This document shows, piece after piece, positions 46,357 to 54,414 of a stretch of 60,790 nucleotides of DNA (the stretch's first letter is position 1; each line of letters begins with the position of its first letter). A program made the position numbers and the translations under genes. The DNA lies in the IMG/VR virus record IMGVR_UViG_3300025086_000020; one strand, given 5' to 3'. The notes beneath the pieces are model-generated. The model was not told the origin of the DNA, searched no databases, and worked only from the letters and a program-made list of their open reading frames with translations. The stretch comes from a virus.

Positions 46357-46857
46357 ATGAAATTAGAAGTATTAAGAATATCTAGTGGACCAGATTCCAC
46401 ATCTGGAGTATTATTTATAGTAGATGATGCTGCAGACAACCCACATGGAGAGGGTTTTAGATGTAAAAGAAGTTTTGTTTGTTATACATTAGAAGATGAA
46501 AAAAGAGATAAAAAAGTTTTTGGGGAAACTAGAATCCCTGCTGGCACATATGAAATTAAACTCAGAACAGAGGGGGGATACCATGCGAAGTATTCTAAAA
46601 GATTTTCTAGTATTCATAGGGGTATGCTTCATGTCACTAATGTTCCTGGCTTTAAGTATATTCTCATTCATTGTGGCAATACTGATGAACATACTGCAGG
46701 TTGCTTACTCGTGGGTGACTCACAGGAAAACAACCAATTAAATAAGGATGGTTTTATAGGTAAATCAACACAGGCTTATAAAAGAATATATCCAAAAATA
46801 GCTGAAAAACTACTTAATAACACTAAAGTGTTAATAACTTATAAAGATATTGCTTAG
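46357..46857 (+). CDS. DUF5675-like protein with a YkuD-like H...GC motif; cell-wall enzyme or endolysin candidate
   Basis: FVCYTLED...TRIPAGTYEIKLR...VTNVPGFKYILIHCGNTDEHTAGCLLVG matches the pattern I recall for DUF5675. The His and Gly-Cys arrangement is reminiscent of L,D-transpeptidase catalytic sites. Confidence 0.4.
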   Translation: MKLEVLRISSGPDSTSGVLFIVDDAADNPHGEGFRCKRSFVCYTLEDEKRDKKVFGETRIPAGTYEIKLRTEGGYHAKYSKRFSSIHRGMLHVTNVPGFKYILIHCGNTDEHTAGCLLVGDSQENNQLNKDGFIGKSTQAYKRIYPKIAEKLLNNTKVLITYKDIA

Positions 46858-46907
46858 GAAAGTGATTTTTTTTGTATATTTAATTTGTGTTTTCATAATA
46901 TTTATTT

Positions 46908-46947
46908 TTAGGGGGTGTATTTGATTTTTTATTAAGTCACCCCCTAA
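46908..46947. repeat. Perfect 10-bp inverted repeat TTAGGGGGTG-N20-CACCCCCTAA
   Basis: A GC-rich palindrome in the 107-nt gap between operons, followed by ATTTTTAAAAA. It may be a terminator with a large loop or a protein-binding site. Confidence 0.6.
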
Positions 46948-46964
46948 ATTTTTAAAAACTACAA

Positions 46965-48701
46965 ATGAGAGATTATAAAGACGAATATAAAAAGTTTCAA
47001 AGCTCTAATAAAGAGAAAAAGAATAGAGCTAAAAGAAATAAGGTTAGATTAAAGTACCTTAAATTAGGTAAGGTTAAAAAAGGAGACAACAAAGATGTTC
47101 ACCACACTAATGGTATAAATAATGATAGTGTTGAAGTGATGTCATCTAGCAAAAATAAAGGAATGCCAAATGAAGGTGGTAGAAAAAAGAATATGAAAAA
47201 AAGAAAATTTGTTGATGGAGGTGTAAGTGCACCTAAAGGATTTCATTGGATGAAAAAGGGTATGGGCAAATATAAACTCATGGAGCATGGAGATAAACCA
47301 TTTAAGAAACATGAGGGTGCAAGTTTAAAAGCTGAATTTCCTATACAAAAAAAACACAATCCTAAACAGGATGCTAAAATGGCCAAAAAAAAATATAAGA
47401 CAGGTGGTCAGGTGTTCCACGAAACCAATGACAAAGAGGGGTATAAAGATTGGAAGAAAGGAAAAACCCCAGTTAAATATTATCAAACCACAAACATATC
47501 TCCTTCAGTTTTGAAAGAACAAGTAGTAAGTAAACCTTATGAAGATCAAGTACAGCCAGGCTCTAAAGAAGCTCAAAGAAAAGAAAATTGGGTTTATGAT
47601 AGAAACACTCAAGATGGTAGCAACAGGAGAGAAGAAGAATTGTTATTAGAAAAAAAAGGAGGAAAAGACATAAAAAAAACTGGCTTTATGAGAGGGTTGT
47701 TTAATAGAAAAACTGAGAAAGGCCTTGTTAAGAAAAAATTTGATGATGAGCTATATAAGGATAGTAAGTTAATAGAAGGAGCTAGAACACCTATATATAG
47801 TAAAGACGCAGAAAAATCTCAAGGTAGAGAACAATTGAAGTTTGTTCAATCAGGTACAGACAGTGATGGAAACCCTATGAAAATGAAATGGAAGAAAAAA
47901 GGTATAAAGGGTAGAGATATACCAACTGAAATGGGAAAATCAAAAAGGGTCAATAAAGATGAAAGCAAGTTTGTTAGTTTTGTAGATGGTAAAAGAATAA
48001 AGAAAAGAGGAGAGTCTCCAGATGCTGCTAGAGAATATAAAAGAAAAGGATTCAGAAGGGTTTATGTTGATCCAGATGCTGAAGGAAATGTTCAATATGT
48101 AGGGACCAATAAAAGATCAACTAAAATAACTGATAAGGAAAGTAGTAGAGAACAGAAGAAACAGCAAAAGCTAGAAAACAAAGCCATCAGAGAACAAAAG
48201 AAAATAGAAAACAAAGCCATCAGAGAACAAAAAAGAAAAGATTTTAGATCGTCTTTTGGTTCGCCCTCAAAATCTTATTCTTCTAGCTCTGGTTATGGTG
48301 ATTACAAAGAAGGTGGTGGTCTTTGGGCAAATATACATGCTAAAAGAAAAAGAATTGCTGCAGGCTCTGGTGAGAAAATGAGAAAACCTGGTAGTCCTGG
48401 TGCTCCTACAGCGAAAGCTTTAAAAGAGAGTAAAGCAGAAGAGGGAGCTGTTGTTTTTAACAAACCAAAGAGAACTCCAAACCATCCAAAAAAATCACAT
48501 ATGGTTATTGTAAGAAAACCAGGAGGTGGTAAAAAAACAATTAGATTTGGTCAACAAGGTGTGACCACTGCTGGTAAACCAAAAGAAGGTGAATCACAAA
48601 AACAAAAAAACAGAAGAAAATCTTTCAAAGCTAGACACAGAAAAAACATAGCAAAAGGAAAATTGTCAGCAGCATATTGGGCTGACAAAGTAAAATGGTA
48701 A
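46965..48701 (+). CDS. Lys-rich protein with x-G-G motifs and a conserved-looking C-terminal module (578 aa)
   Basis: RKFVDGG, KYKTGG, YKEGGGLWANIHAKRKRIAAGSGEKMRKPGSPGAPT, then KPKRTPNHPKKSHMVIVRKPGGGKKTIRFG...RRKSFKARHRKNIAKGKLSAAYWADKVKW. Confidence 0.55.
   Translation: MRDYKDEYKKFQSSNKEKKNRAKRNKVRLKYLKLGKVKKGDNKDVHHTNGINNDSVEVMSSSKNKGMPNEGGRKKNMKKRKFVDGGVSAPKGFHWMKKGMGKYKLMEHGDKPFKKHEGASLKAEFPIQKKHNPKQDAKMAKKKYKTGGQVFHETNDKEGYKDWKKGKTPVKYYQTTNISPSVLKEQVVSKPYEDQVQPGSKEAQRKENWVYDRNTQDGSNRREEELLLEKKGGKDIKKTGFMRGLFNRKTEKGLVKKKFDDELYKDSKLIEGARTPIYSKDAEKSQGREQLKFVQSGTDSDGNPMKMKWKKKGIKGRDIPTEMGKSKRVNKDESKFVSFVDGKRIKKRGESPDAAREYKRKGFRRVYVDPDAEGNVQYVGTNKRSTKITDKESSREQKKQQKLENKAIREQKKIENKAIREQKRKDFRSSFGSPSKSYSSSSGYGDYKEGGGLWANIHAKRKRIAAGSGEKMRKPGSPGAPTAKALKESKAEEGAVVFNKPKRTPNHPKKSHMVIVRKPGGGKKTIRFGQQGVTTAGKPKEGESQKQKNRRKSFKARHRKNIAKGKLSAAYWADKVKW
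48174..48232 (+). repeat. Perfect 26-nt duplication with 33-nt period (ENKAIREQKKI x2)
   Basis: gaaaacaaagccatcagagaacaaaa occurs at 48174-48199 and 48207-48232, in frame. Confidence 0.85.
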
Positions 48702-48702
48702 A

Positions 48703-49095
48703 ATGTCAATTAAAGAAAAGAAAACGAAGCAGCTGGGAATGAATCCTGGAACTGCTTCAAATAGATTAAAAAAATCTATACTATTTAATTTCGCTAAAAT
48801 GCTGGGTTATGCATGGTGCTACCAGTGTGCCACAGAAATAAAAGATATAGACAAGTTCACAATAGAACACAAGACCCCTTGGTTAGATTCAGAAGATCCA
48901 ATAGATAATTTTTTTAATTTAGACAATATAGCTTTTTCACATGCTAGTTGTAATTATAGTGCTGCCAGAGCAAAATATGGCATACCATGTCCATCAGTAA
49001 CAGCATATAGAAATGGGTGTAGATGTGATGGTTGTAAAAAAGCTAAAACAGATTATAGAAAAAAAAGAAAACAATTAAAGGGAAGAGATGAGTAA
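48703..49095 (+). CDS. HNH endonuclease
   Basis: CYQC...FTIEHKTPW...NLDNIAFSHASCN matches the HNH motif with flanking Cys pairs. Confidence 0.7.
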   Translation: MSIKEKKTKQLGMNPGTASNRLKKSILFNFAKMLGYAWCYQCATEIKDIDKFTIEHKTPWLDSEDPIDNFFNLDNIAFSHASCNYSAARAKYGIPCPSVTAYRNGCRCDGCKKAKTDYRKKRKQLKGRDE

Positions 49096-49318
49096 GCCAA
49101 GTTTTTTAGATAAAGTAAAGAGTGTTATAAAAGACACTTCTAAATATATTGCAGCTGGAGCAAAAAATGTCCCACCAGAAGAATTTTTAAGAAGGGCAAA
49201 GGTTTGTGACTCATGTGTTCACTTTGTTAAGAAAGATAATTTATGTGGTATATGTGGTTGCTATATGGATGTAAAAGCTAAATGGAGCACTTCAGAGTGC
49301 CCCAAAAATAAATGGTGA
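49088..49318 (+). CDS. Small Cys-rich (zinc-binding-like) protein
   Basis: CDSCVHF...CGICGC...ECPKNKW contains seven Cys in about 35 aa. Confidence 0.45.
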   Translation: MSKPSFLDKVKSVIKDTSKYIAAGAKNVPPEEFLRRAKVCDSCVHFVKKDNLCGICGCYMDVKAKWSTSECPKNKW

Positions 49319-49319
49319 T

Positions 49320-49463
49320 ATGAAAAGAATGGGTTTTGGTTTTCAGTTTTCTAATGGTATATTATTTGGTATAAGACATTACGAACCAGACGATGTGTGT
49401 AATTATTATGAAATACACTTTTATCTTGGACTCTTTGTGTTTTTTATTACTATAGAATACTAG
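49320..49463 (+). CDS. Unlisted small ORF (47 aa) with a hydrophobic C-terminus
   Basis: ATG at 49320 to TAG at 49461-49463. Last ORF of the plus arm. Its stop overlaps the convergent minus-strand stop by 4 nt. Confidence 0.3.
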   Translation: MKRMGFGFQFSNGILFGIRHYEPDDVCNYYEIHFYLGLFVFFITIEY

Positions 49464-49753
49464 ATTTTAGACTTACTAATTTTTTCAGTTGGTGTAAATA
49501 TTCCTTCTTCTAAATTAATTGTGCCATCACCATATTTTTTCTTAAGCTTGTCTGCTATCTTAGCTTCCTTAGTTTGATTACCCTTAAACCTAGCAGTCAT
49601 ATCATCCTCCATCTTTTCTAACTCTGAGAGTTTAGCTTTCATCATTATTATATCCATTTTTATTCTACCAAAATCAACAGTCATTCTAGTATTCTCTCCT
49701 CTAATTTCTCTTATTTCTTTAAGTTCTTTCTCTTCTAATTTAATTTTTTCCAT
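49460..49753 (-). CDS. Coiled-coil hypothetical protein (97 aa)
   Basis: Charged heptad-like sequence. Last gene of the minus arm. Confidence 0.5.
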   Translation of the reverse strand: MEKIKLEEKELKEIREIRGENTRMTVDFGRIKMDIIMMKAKLSELEKMEDDMTARFKGNQTKEAKIADKLKKKYGDGTINLEEGIFTPTEKISKSKI

Positions 49754-50141
49754 TTTTCTTTAATTTATTGTTAGTTCTTATTTTTTCGATTGATCGACCA
49801 GCGAAGTAGGCTGAGTAAACGCATAGTAGCAAGGTCTGATAAATTGGGACATATGCTGGTGAGATTGAGAACCCACCTATATTACCATCAAATACAGATA
49901 TAATAACAAATACTATTGTTAAAAATATCAATGTTATTGGTCTTATGTTTGCTGGCAACCAACCTGCCTTAGCATCAGCCTCCCATCTTCTTGTTACTTG
50001 TTCTTGTGCATTGGACTCTGCATTAACTAAGATTTCTTTCATCTTATTTTTCAGGGTTAACTTTTCCTCTTTGGTTGTTACAACCTCGTCAATTATTCCT
50101 GAAGCATTTCCAATTAGTGATTTAAATAGTCCTTGTAGCAT
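49740..50141 (-). CDS. Holin-like membrane protein (resembles the 3-TM gene-transfer-release holin family)
   Basis: An N-terminal amphipathic region with EEKLTLKNK..AQEQV..RRWEADAKAGWLPANIRP, followed by hydrophobic helices ITLIFLTIVFVIISVF and YQTLLLCVYSAYFAG. Confidence 0.45.
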   Translation of the reverse strand: MLQGLFKSLIGNASGIIDEVVTTKEEKLTLKNKMKEILVNAESNAQEQVTRRWEADAKAGWLPANIRPITLIFLTIVFVIISVFDGNIGGFSISPAYVPIYQTLLLCVYSAYFAGRSIEKIRTNNKLKKNGKN

Positions 50142-50724
50142 TATATTTTGTTTTACGTGTATATTTTTTCTTATTCTTATATGGCTTAGACCTTAAGTCC
50201 ATACCATTATTTTTAGCTTCAGTGTCAGAATCTCTTCTAACCATTTTAGCTATTCTTTTTTTATCTGCCTGTGATATTTTAATTTTTTCCTTAATCATAT
50301 TGATACATTGAAGTATTTGTTTTTTACTTCCAGGCATGTAAAGTTCGTAATTTAAGTTGTTTTTTACAAGGTATTGTTTAAAAAGTTTCCATTTAAGATT
50401 AAAAACATCTGTTTTCATACCTTTCACCTCTATTATCCATCCCTCCTCTAGATTGGTGAAGTCAGGTAAGTAGGTTGTGGACCTGATACTCGTCAAAGCC
50501 TGGTCAAACACCAACTTACCTTTCTTCTTCCTCTTTTCTATACTTACATTTTCGTACTTAAACTTTTCCATAAGAACAAACTTCTCCTTCTCATAGTCAA
50601 ATTTTATACCTTCCTTTTTTAGTTCAGCATATGCAAATGCCTCTAGCCTGGATCTAAATTCCACACCATCTATCTTGGTGGTCTGTACGTTCTTTACTCT
50701 ACCTTTACTTTTTCTATTTCTCAT
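50122..50724 (-). CDS. PD-(D/E)xK-type endonuclease candidate (resolvase/DUF1064-like)
   Basis: IDGVEFRSRLEAFAYAEL...YLPDF...IIEVKG matches a G-x-x-F-x-S-x-x-E ... D ... E-x-K arrangement. Confidence 0.45.
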   Translation of the reverse strand: MRNRKSKGRVKNVQTTKIDGVEFRSRLEAFAYAELKKEGIKFDYEKEKFVLMEKFKYENVSIEKRKKKGKLVFDQALTSIRSTTYLPDFTNLEEGWIIEVKGMKTDVFNLKWKLFKQYLVKNNLNYELYMPGSKKQILQCINMIKEKIKISQADKKRIAKMVRRDSDTEAKNNGMDLRSKPYKNKKKYTRKTKYNATRTI

Positions 50725-51130
50725 AGTCTAATATAGGTACATTAGAAATATATTCCAAACCTCTCCATTCTATAGACTCTGTATACCATCCAGTTGAGTT
50801 GTCAAAACTCTGAAAGAGAACAGCAAAATCACCCTTCATTTCAAACCTGTCACCAAATGGGACAGCATACGACTCAAATCCATCACTCATTTTACCTATA
50901 TGTATTAAAGGATAACTGTTTCCTGTATCAGTATTTTTCGTATATACCCTAAATCCATTTTCAGATATATGTAAAAACATTGGTTTGGTAGAGGCAAATG
51001 TGTTTTCCATTTGTATACCCTCTTCAAAAGTAAAGCGATAAGTCTCTTGAATTTTATACACCCCACTTTTAACTTGTGAAAACCCCTGTAGCGTCAGAGA
51101 TACTATCACTAAAAAAATTGCTTTCTTCAT
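50714..51130 (-). CDS. Secreted hypothetical protein (138 aa)
   Basis: Signal-like N-terminus MKKAIFLVIVSLTLQGFSQ. Confidence 0.5.
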   Translation of the reverse strand: MKKAIFLVIVSLTLQGFSQVKSGVYKIQETYRFTFEEGIQMENTFASTKPMFLHISENGFRVYTKNTDTGNSYPLIHIGKMSDGFESYAVPFGDRFEMKGDFAVLFQSFDNSTGWYTESIEWRGLEYISNVPILDYEK

Positions 51131-51152
51131 AATAAATTAAATTAAATTAACA

Positions 51153-51446
51153 CTAATCCTCTACAGGGCTTTCCTCTAGAGCCACATTTATACTCGTACT
51201 TAGAATTATTTCTAAAAAATAAGTATAATGTTTTTCATAATCCTTTTCAGCCTCCTCTGTATACTTACAACCCACATAGTTCTCAAAAGTTTCTACATAA
51301 GGGGACCACCCAAGGGATTTCCATTTTTTTTCTATTTTTCTTTGAGCAAGTTTAGCTGCTAATTGCTCTGCATGTATTTTAATTGTTGTATAACACATAA
51401 TATATATATTAGTTAATACTTGTTTTAATATAAGGATACTTGCCAT
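51153..51446 (-). CDS. Hypothetical protein; start moved to the ATG at 51446
   Basis: The track uses a GTG at 51452. An in-frame ATG lies two codons downstream. Confidence 0.45.
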   Translation of the reverse strand: MASILILKQVLTNIYIMCYTTIKIHAEQLAAKLAQRKIEKKWKSLGWSPYVETFENYVGCKYTEEAEKDYEKHYTYFLEIILSTSINVALEESPVED

Positions 51447-51508
51447 GAACACTTATTGAGATTAAGGAGATGATGTTTAATTAATCTCTGGCAAGTACCC
51501 TTATTTTG

Positions 51509-51582
51509 TACACCCAGTAGGACTTGAACCTACAACCTACAGCTTAGAAGGCTGTTGCTCTATCCAATTGAGCTATGAGTGC
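51509..51582 (-). tRNA. tRNA-Arg (anticodon UCU)
   Basis: The reverse complement folds as a 74-nt cloverleaf: acceptor GCACTCA/TGGGTGT, D arm GCTC..GAGC, anticodon stem ACAGC/GCTGT with loop CTTCTAA, T arm GTAGG-TTCAAGT-CCTAC, discriminator A. No CCA is encoded. Confidence 0.9.
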
Positions 51583-51584
51583 AG

Positions 51585-51848
51585 TTAATGTACGTCATTA
51601 CTTATACCCATTTTTTCTCTCCACTTCCACCCTGTTATCTTTATATCAACATTTTGTGTTGATTTTATTTCACTTTTTAAACAAGACAATAAATACTTGT
51701 TTTTATTTAATTCACTTATGGTATCTCCAACTGCTGTAGTTACAAATGTTCCTTTGCTCTTCTTCTTAGTTTCTTTTTTCACACCTCTAACCCTTCTCCA
51801 TGTGTTCCATTCGTAATCAACCTCAATATGCCATATCTGTTTTCTCAT
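51585..51848 (-). CDS. Hypothetical protein (87 aa)
   Basis: ORF with a 4-nt overlap to the upstream gene. Confidence 0.5.
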   Translation of the reverse strand: MRKQIWHIEVDYEWNTWRRVRGVKKETKKKSKGTFVTTAVGDTISELNKNKYLLSCLKSEIKSTQNVDIKITGWKWREKMGISNDVH

Positions 51849-52297
51849 ACCTTCTTTTTTATCCTACCTATAAAACAAAGGTCTAATGTTTTAACCTTAG
51901 TAAATAAGTCTTTCGCACCTGGTCTAGTTGATAACTCATAAAAGTCCCAACCCTTAACTTTATCTATGCACTTGTCATGCACCATTTCTTGTAGATCATC
52001 TTTTTTAACCTCTATCCAGTAATCCCTAGTCTCAAAAGCAAATCCATCTGCATCTCCATATAGCCAACCTTTCTTTCCTAATACATTTTTAAATTCTACA
52101 AAATGTATATTCTCATCATCTTTTTTAATAGCCTTTACATCTATCTTTATGCCACTAACTTCCAGGTCCCAGTGCTCATTATAATCTTCCTCTTCAGTGG
52201 GCCACTTTACATTTTCATATAGATTAGCATAATCTTTTTCAGCACGTCTGCCCCTAATCATATCTTCTCTCTTCTTTTCTTTAGTCTTGTATCTCAT
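51845..52297 (-). CDS. Possible PD-(D/E)xK nuclease-fold protein
   Basis: RGRRAEKDY...WDLEV..IKIDVKAIKK...FVEFKN suggests an E...D...(D/E)xK core. The assignment is weak. Confidence 0.3.
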   Translation of the reverse strand: MRYKTKEKKREDMIRGRRAEKDYANLYENVKWPTEEEDYNEHWDLEVSGIKIDVKAIKKDDENIHFVEFKNVLGKKGWLYGDADGFAFETRDYWIEVKKDDLQEMVHDKCIDKVKGWDFYELSTRPGAKDLFTKVKTLDLCFIGRIKKKV

Positions 52298-53582
52298 GAA
52301 ATTTTGTTAATTCTCTTTGAAACCTAAGACCTAGCACCCCAGTACCAATGTTTCTTCCTTTAGCAAATATAATTTCTGCTAAACCCTCTGTGCTGTTTCC
52401 TTTATCATCCTGCGTTATACCATAGTATTCTGGTCTATATACTAACACCACCACATCAGCTGCTTGCTCAATTTCTCCTGACTCCCTTAAGTCTGCTATT
52501 GTAGGTCTACTTTCAGCTCTTTGACCTACACCCCTATTAAGTTGAGACAATGCAATTATAGTTACACCTAATTCTTTAGCTATATTCTTTAATGCTCTTG
52601 CCACCTCAGAAACCTCCTGCTCTCTGCTCCTCCCTTTTTTGTCGTTAGATACTAGTTGTAGGTAATCAACCATAAATAACTTAACCTTCTTGGTTATAAC
52701 ATATTGTCTTATCCTGTTTAGAAGGTATTTAAGAGAGGAGGAGGAGCACTCATCAACATACAGGGGTACTTGTTCTATTCTTCCTACACTTTCATGTATT
52801 CTACTTAACTCAGACTGGTCTAGTGTTCCTTTCATTATCCACTTATTATCTATACCACTATCAGAGGATATTAACCTACTCAATAGCTGTTGGGAGCTCA
52901 TCTCATAAGAGAATAAGCATGTTGGAGTTTTACCATAAAACGCACTATTAAAGGCAAATGCTAAGGCAAGAGAGGTTTTACCCATTGAGCTAGCACCCCC
53001 CACGATAACTAAATCAGTCTCCTGCCAACCTCCTGTAAACTTATCAAGGCTCTCAAACCCAGTTGTTATACCATTGAGACCATCATTGTTCATCTTATGC
53101 TCAATACTCTTTAACAGTCCACTTAACTGTGTTGAAACATCAGTTATACTGTCCTTGCTTACATTACCTATTTTTCCAACCTCTTCCTCAACGTACTCTA
53201 GAATATCAAATATATCATCATTGTTGTTTAACATTCTAGATATTTGACCATTTAAATTAAATAGTTGTTCTTTCTTTTTTTTCTCGTTCAATATTAATAT
53301 ACATGTTAGAGCCTCTGTTTGCATATAAGCCTCTTCATGTGACATTTTTGCTAAATCATAGGATAAGTTTTCACCCTTTTTAGATATAGTTGCACTCAGG
53401 CTAACTAAATCTATTTTATTGCCATTTTGTAGTTCCCCAGCTATATAATCAAATATCTTTCTGTTTTTAGGATCTTCAAACAACTCACTACCAACTAGAG
53501 AGTGATTGTTATAATACTCTTGAGGGTTGTTTATAAACTTCCCTATCAATGTTCTTTCTATTTGTAAACTATCTACTGACAT
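52281..53582 (-). CDS. dnaB: DnaB-family replicative DNA helicase
   Basis: Walker A GGASSMGKTS, Walker B LFMVDYLQLV, and EVSEVARALKNIAKELGVTIIALSQLNRGVGQR...PTIADLRESGEIEQAADVV. Confidence 0.9.
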   Translation of the reverse strand: MSVDSLQIERTLIGKFINNPQEYYNNHSLVGSELFEDPKNRKIFDYIAGELQNGNKIDLVSLSATISKKGENLSYDLAKMSHEEAYMQTEALTCILILNEKKKKEQLFNLNGQISRMLNNNDDIFDILEYVEEEVGKIGNVSKDSITDVSTQLSGLLKSIEHKMNNDGLNGITTGFESLDKFTGGWQETDLVIVGGASSMGKTSLALAFAFNSAFYGKTPTCLFSYEMSSQQLLSRLISSDSGIDNKWIMKGTLDQSELSRIHESVGRIEQVPLYVDECSSSSLKYLLNRIRQYVITKKVKLFMVDYLQLVSNDKKGRSREQEVSEVARALKNIAKELGVTIIALSQLNRGVGQRAESRPTIADLRESGEIEQAADVVVLVYRPEYYGITQDDKGNSTEGLAEIIFAKGRNIGTGVLGLRFQRELTKFHEIQD

Positions 53583-54066
53583 TTGTAAAATTTGGTGTTT
53601 TATATTTAGTTTTTTCTTGTTCTGAGCTACCTATTACCTCATTTCTCCAAGCCTTTTGGTATATCCATGTGCTAGGGTTTTTTCTATACTGCTTATCAGG
53701 TGTTGATTTAATATATATATCAACCATCTTTAAAGCCTCTTTCATATCTGATATAGATAACTTTTTCCATTTCTTTAAACAATCATCTCTATTTATTTTC
53801 TTATCGTATCTATCCCAAAAATCATTAAACATATCTAACTTTTCTGACATTATTCTTTCAGTTGGTTTGTTTGTTATACTCTGCATTGTAGCATCCCTAA
53901 AGGTATTAGCCACTTTATCAAAGACACTTTTAGCAAAAGATACTGATGGATAAACTTCTTCATGCTTTCTAGATGATATATAAAATATAATCTTTCTATC
54001 ATCTAAATAGTATTGTTCTATTTTAGTGCTCTCAATGAATGAATCTGTGTTTATTTTTATTAACAT
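53569..54066 (-). CDS. Replication-associated hypothetical protein (FW..Y.KK...W motif)
   Basis: FNDFWDRYDKKINRDDCLKKWKKL...YRKNPSTWIYQKAWRNE resembles a motif common in phage replication-module proteins. It is adjacent to the dnaB gene. Confidence 0.3.
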   Translation of the reverse strand: MLIKINTDSFIESTKIEQYYLDDRKIIFYISSRKHEEVYPSVSFAKSVFDKVANTFRDATMQSITNKPTERIMSEKLDMFNDFWDRYDKKINRDDCLKKWKKLSISDMKEALKMVDIYIKSTPDKQYRKNPSTWIYQKAWRNEVIGSSEQEKTKYKTPNFTNVSR

Positions 54067-54083
54067 ACTGATTTGTTTAAAAG

Positions 54084-54110
54084 AAGGGGCACCCCTACAG
54101 TACCCCCCTT
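54084..54110 (-). terminator. GC-rich hairpin (possible attenuator or terminator)
   Basis: AAGGGG...CCCCTT with an inner GGGGCACCCC, in the 51-nt gap after the SSB-like gene. It is a GC island in AT-rich DNA. Confidence 0.35.
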
Positions 54111-54117
54111 AGTTGAA

Positions 54118-54387
54118 TTAAAATGGTAGTTTATCAGTATCTGATGAACCCTCTGCCACTTGTTTTTCTGGTTTAAAGTCATTAATCTTAACGTAATGTG
54201 TCTTACCATATTCATTAGCACCACCTTTGTTGGCACCAATAGTTAGATTAACATACTTCTTTCCTTCATAAGTGTAAACATGTTCTCCAATCTTATCAAG
54301 ATGAATGGTCATGTTTATTATAGAGCCTCCATCATCAAATGAAACCTCCTTACCATTTCCACAAAAAATTGCTTCTTTCTTTTCCAT
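54118..54387 (-). CDS. Small SSB-like protein with an acidic C-terminal D-x-L-P-F tip
   Basis: Ends in SSDTDKLPF, resembling the SSB C-terminal DDDIPF tip. Beta-rich body. Lies in the recombination and replication module. Confidence 0.45.
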   Translation of the reverse strand: MEKKEAIFCGNGKEVSFDDGGSIINMTIHLDKIGEHVYTYEGKKYVNLTIGANKGGANEYGKTHYVKINDFKPEKQVAEGSSDTDKLPF

Positions 54388-54414
54388 AATAAAAAATAAT
54401 TAAATAGTTAATAG

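Noticed and set aside
24876-46741. Short ORFs nested in the large structural genes: 24876..25070, 27764..27958, 31875..32240, 32709..33155, 34380..34571, the set inside 35546..46354, and 46489..46692 / 46496..46741
   Set aside because: All lie inside much longer continuous frames. The 148-aa ORF 32709..33155 is the complement of a GC-richer Ala/Gln coding stretch. None has independent support.
7546-48232. Tandem repeats (7546-7860, 48174-48232, 121-153) as a CRISPR array or DGR template/variable repeats
   Set aside because: The repeats are in-frame coding duplications or a 13-bp intergenic tandem, with no repeat-spacer periodicity. No reverse transcriptase or cas gene is present.
51509-51582. 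tRNA as a sign of an integration site or prophage boundary
   Set aside because: There is no integrase, excisionase or attachment-like duplication of the tRNA 3' end anywhere in the window. The genome closes on itself, so this is a phage-borne tRNA.
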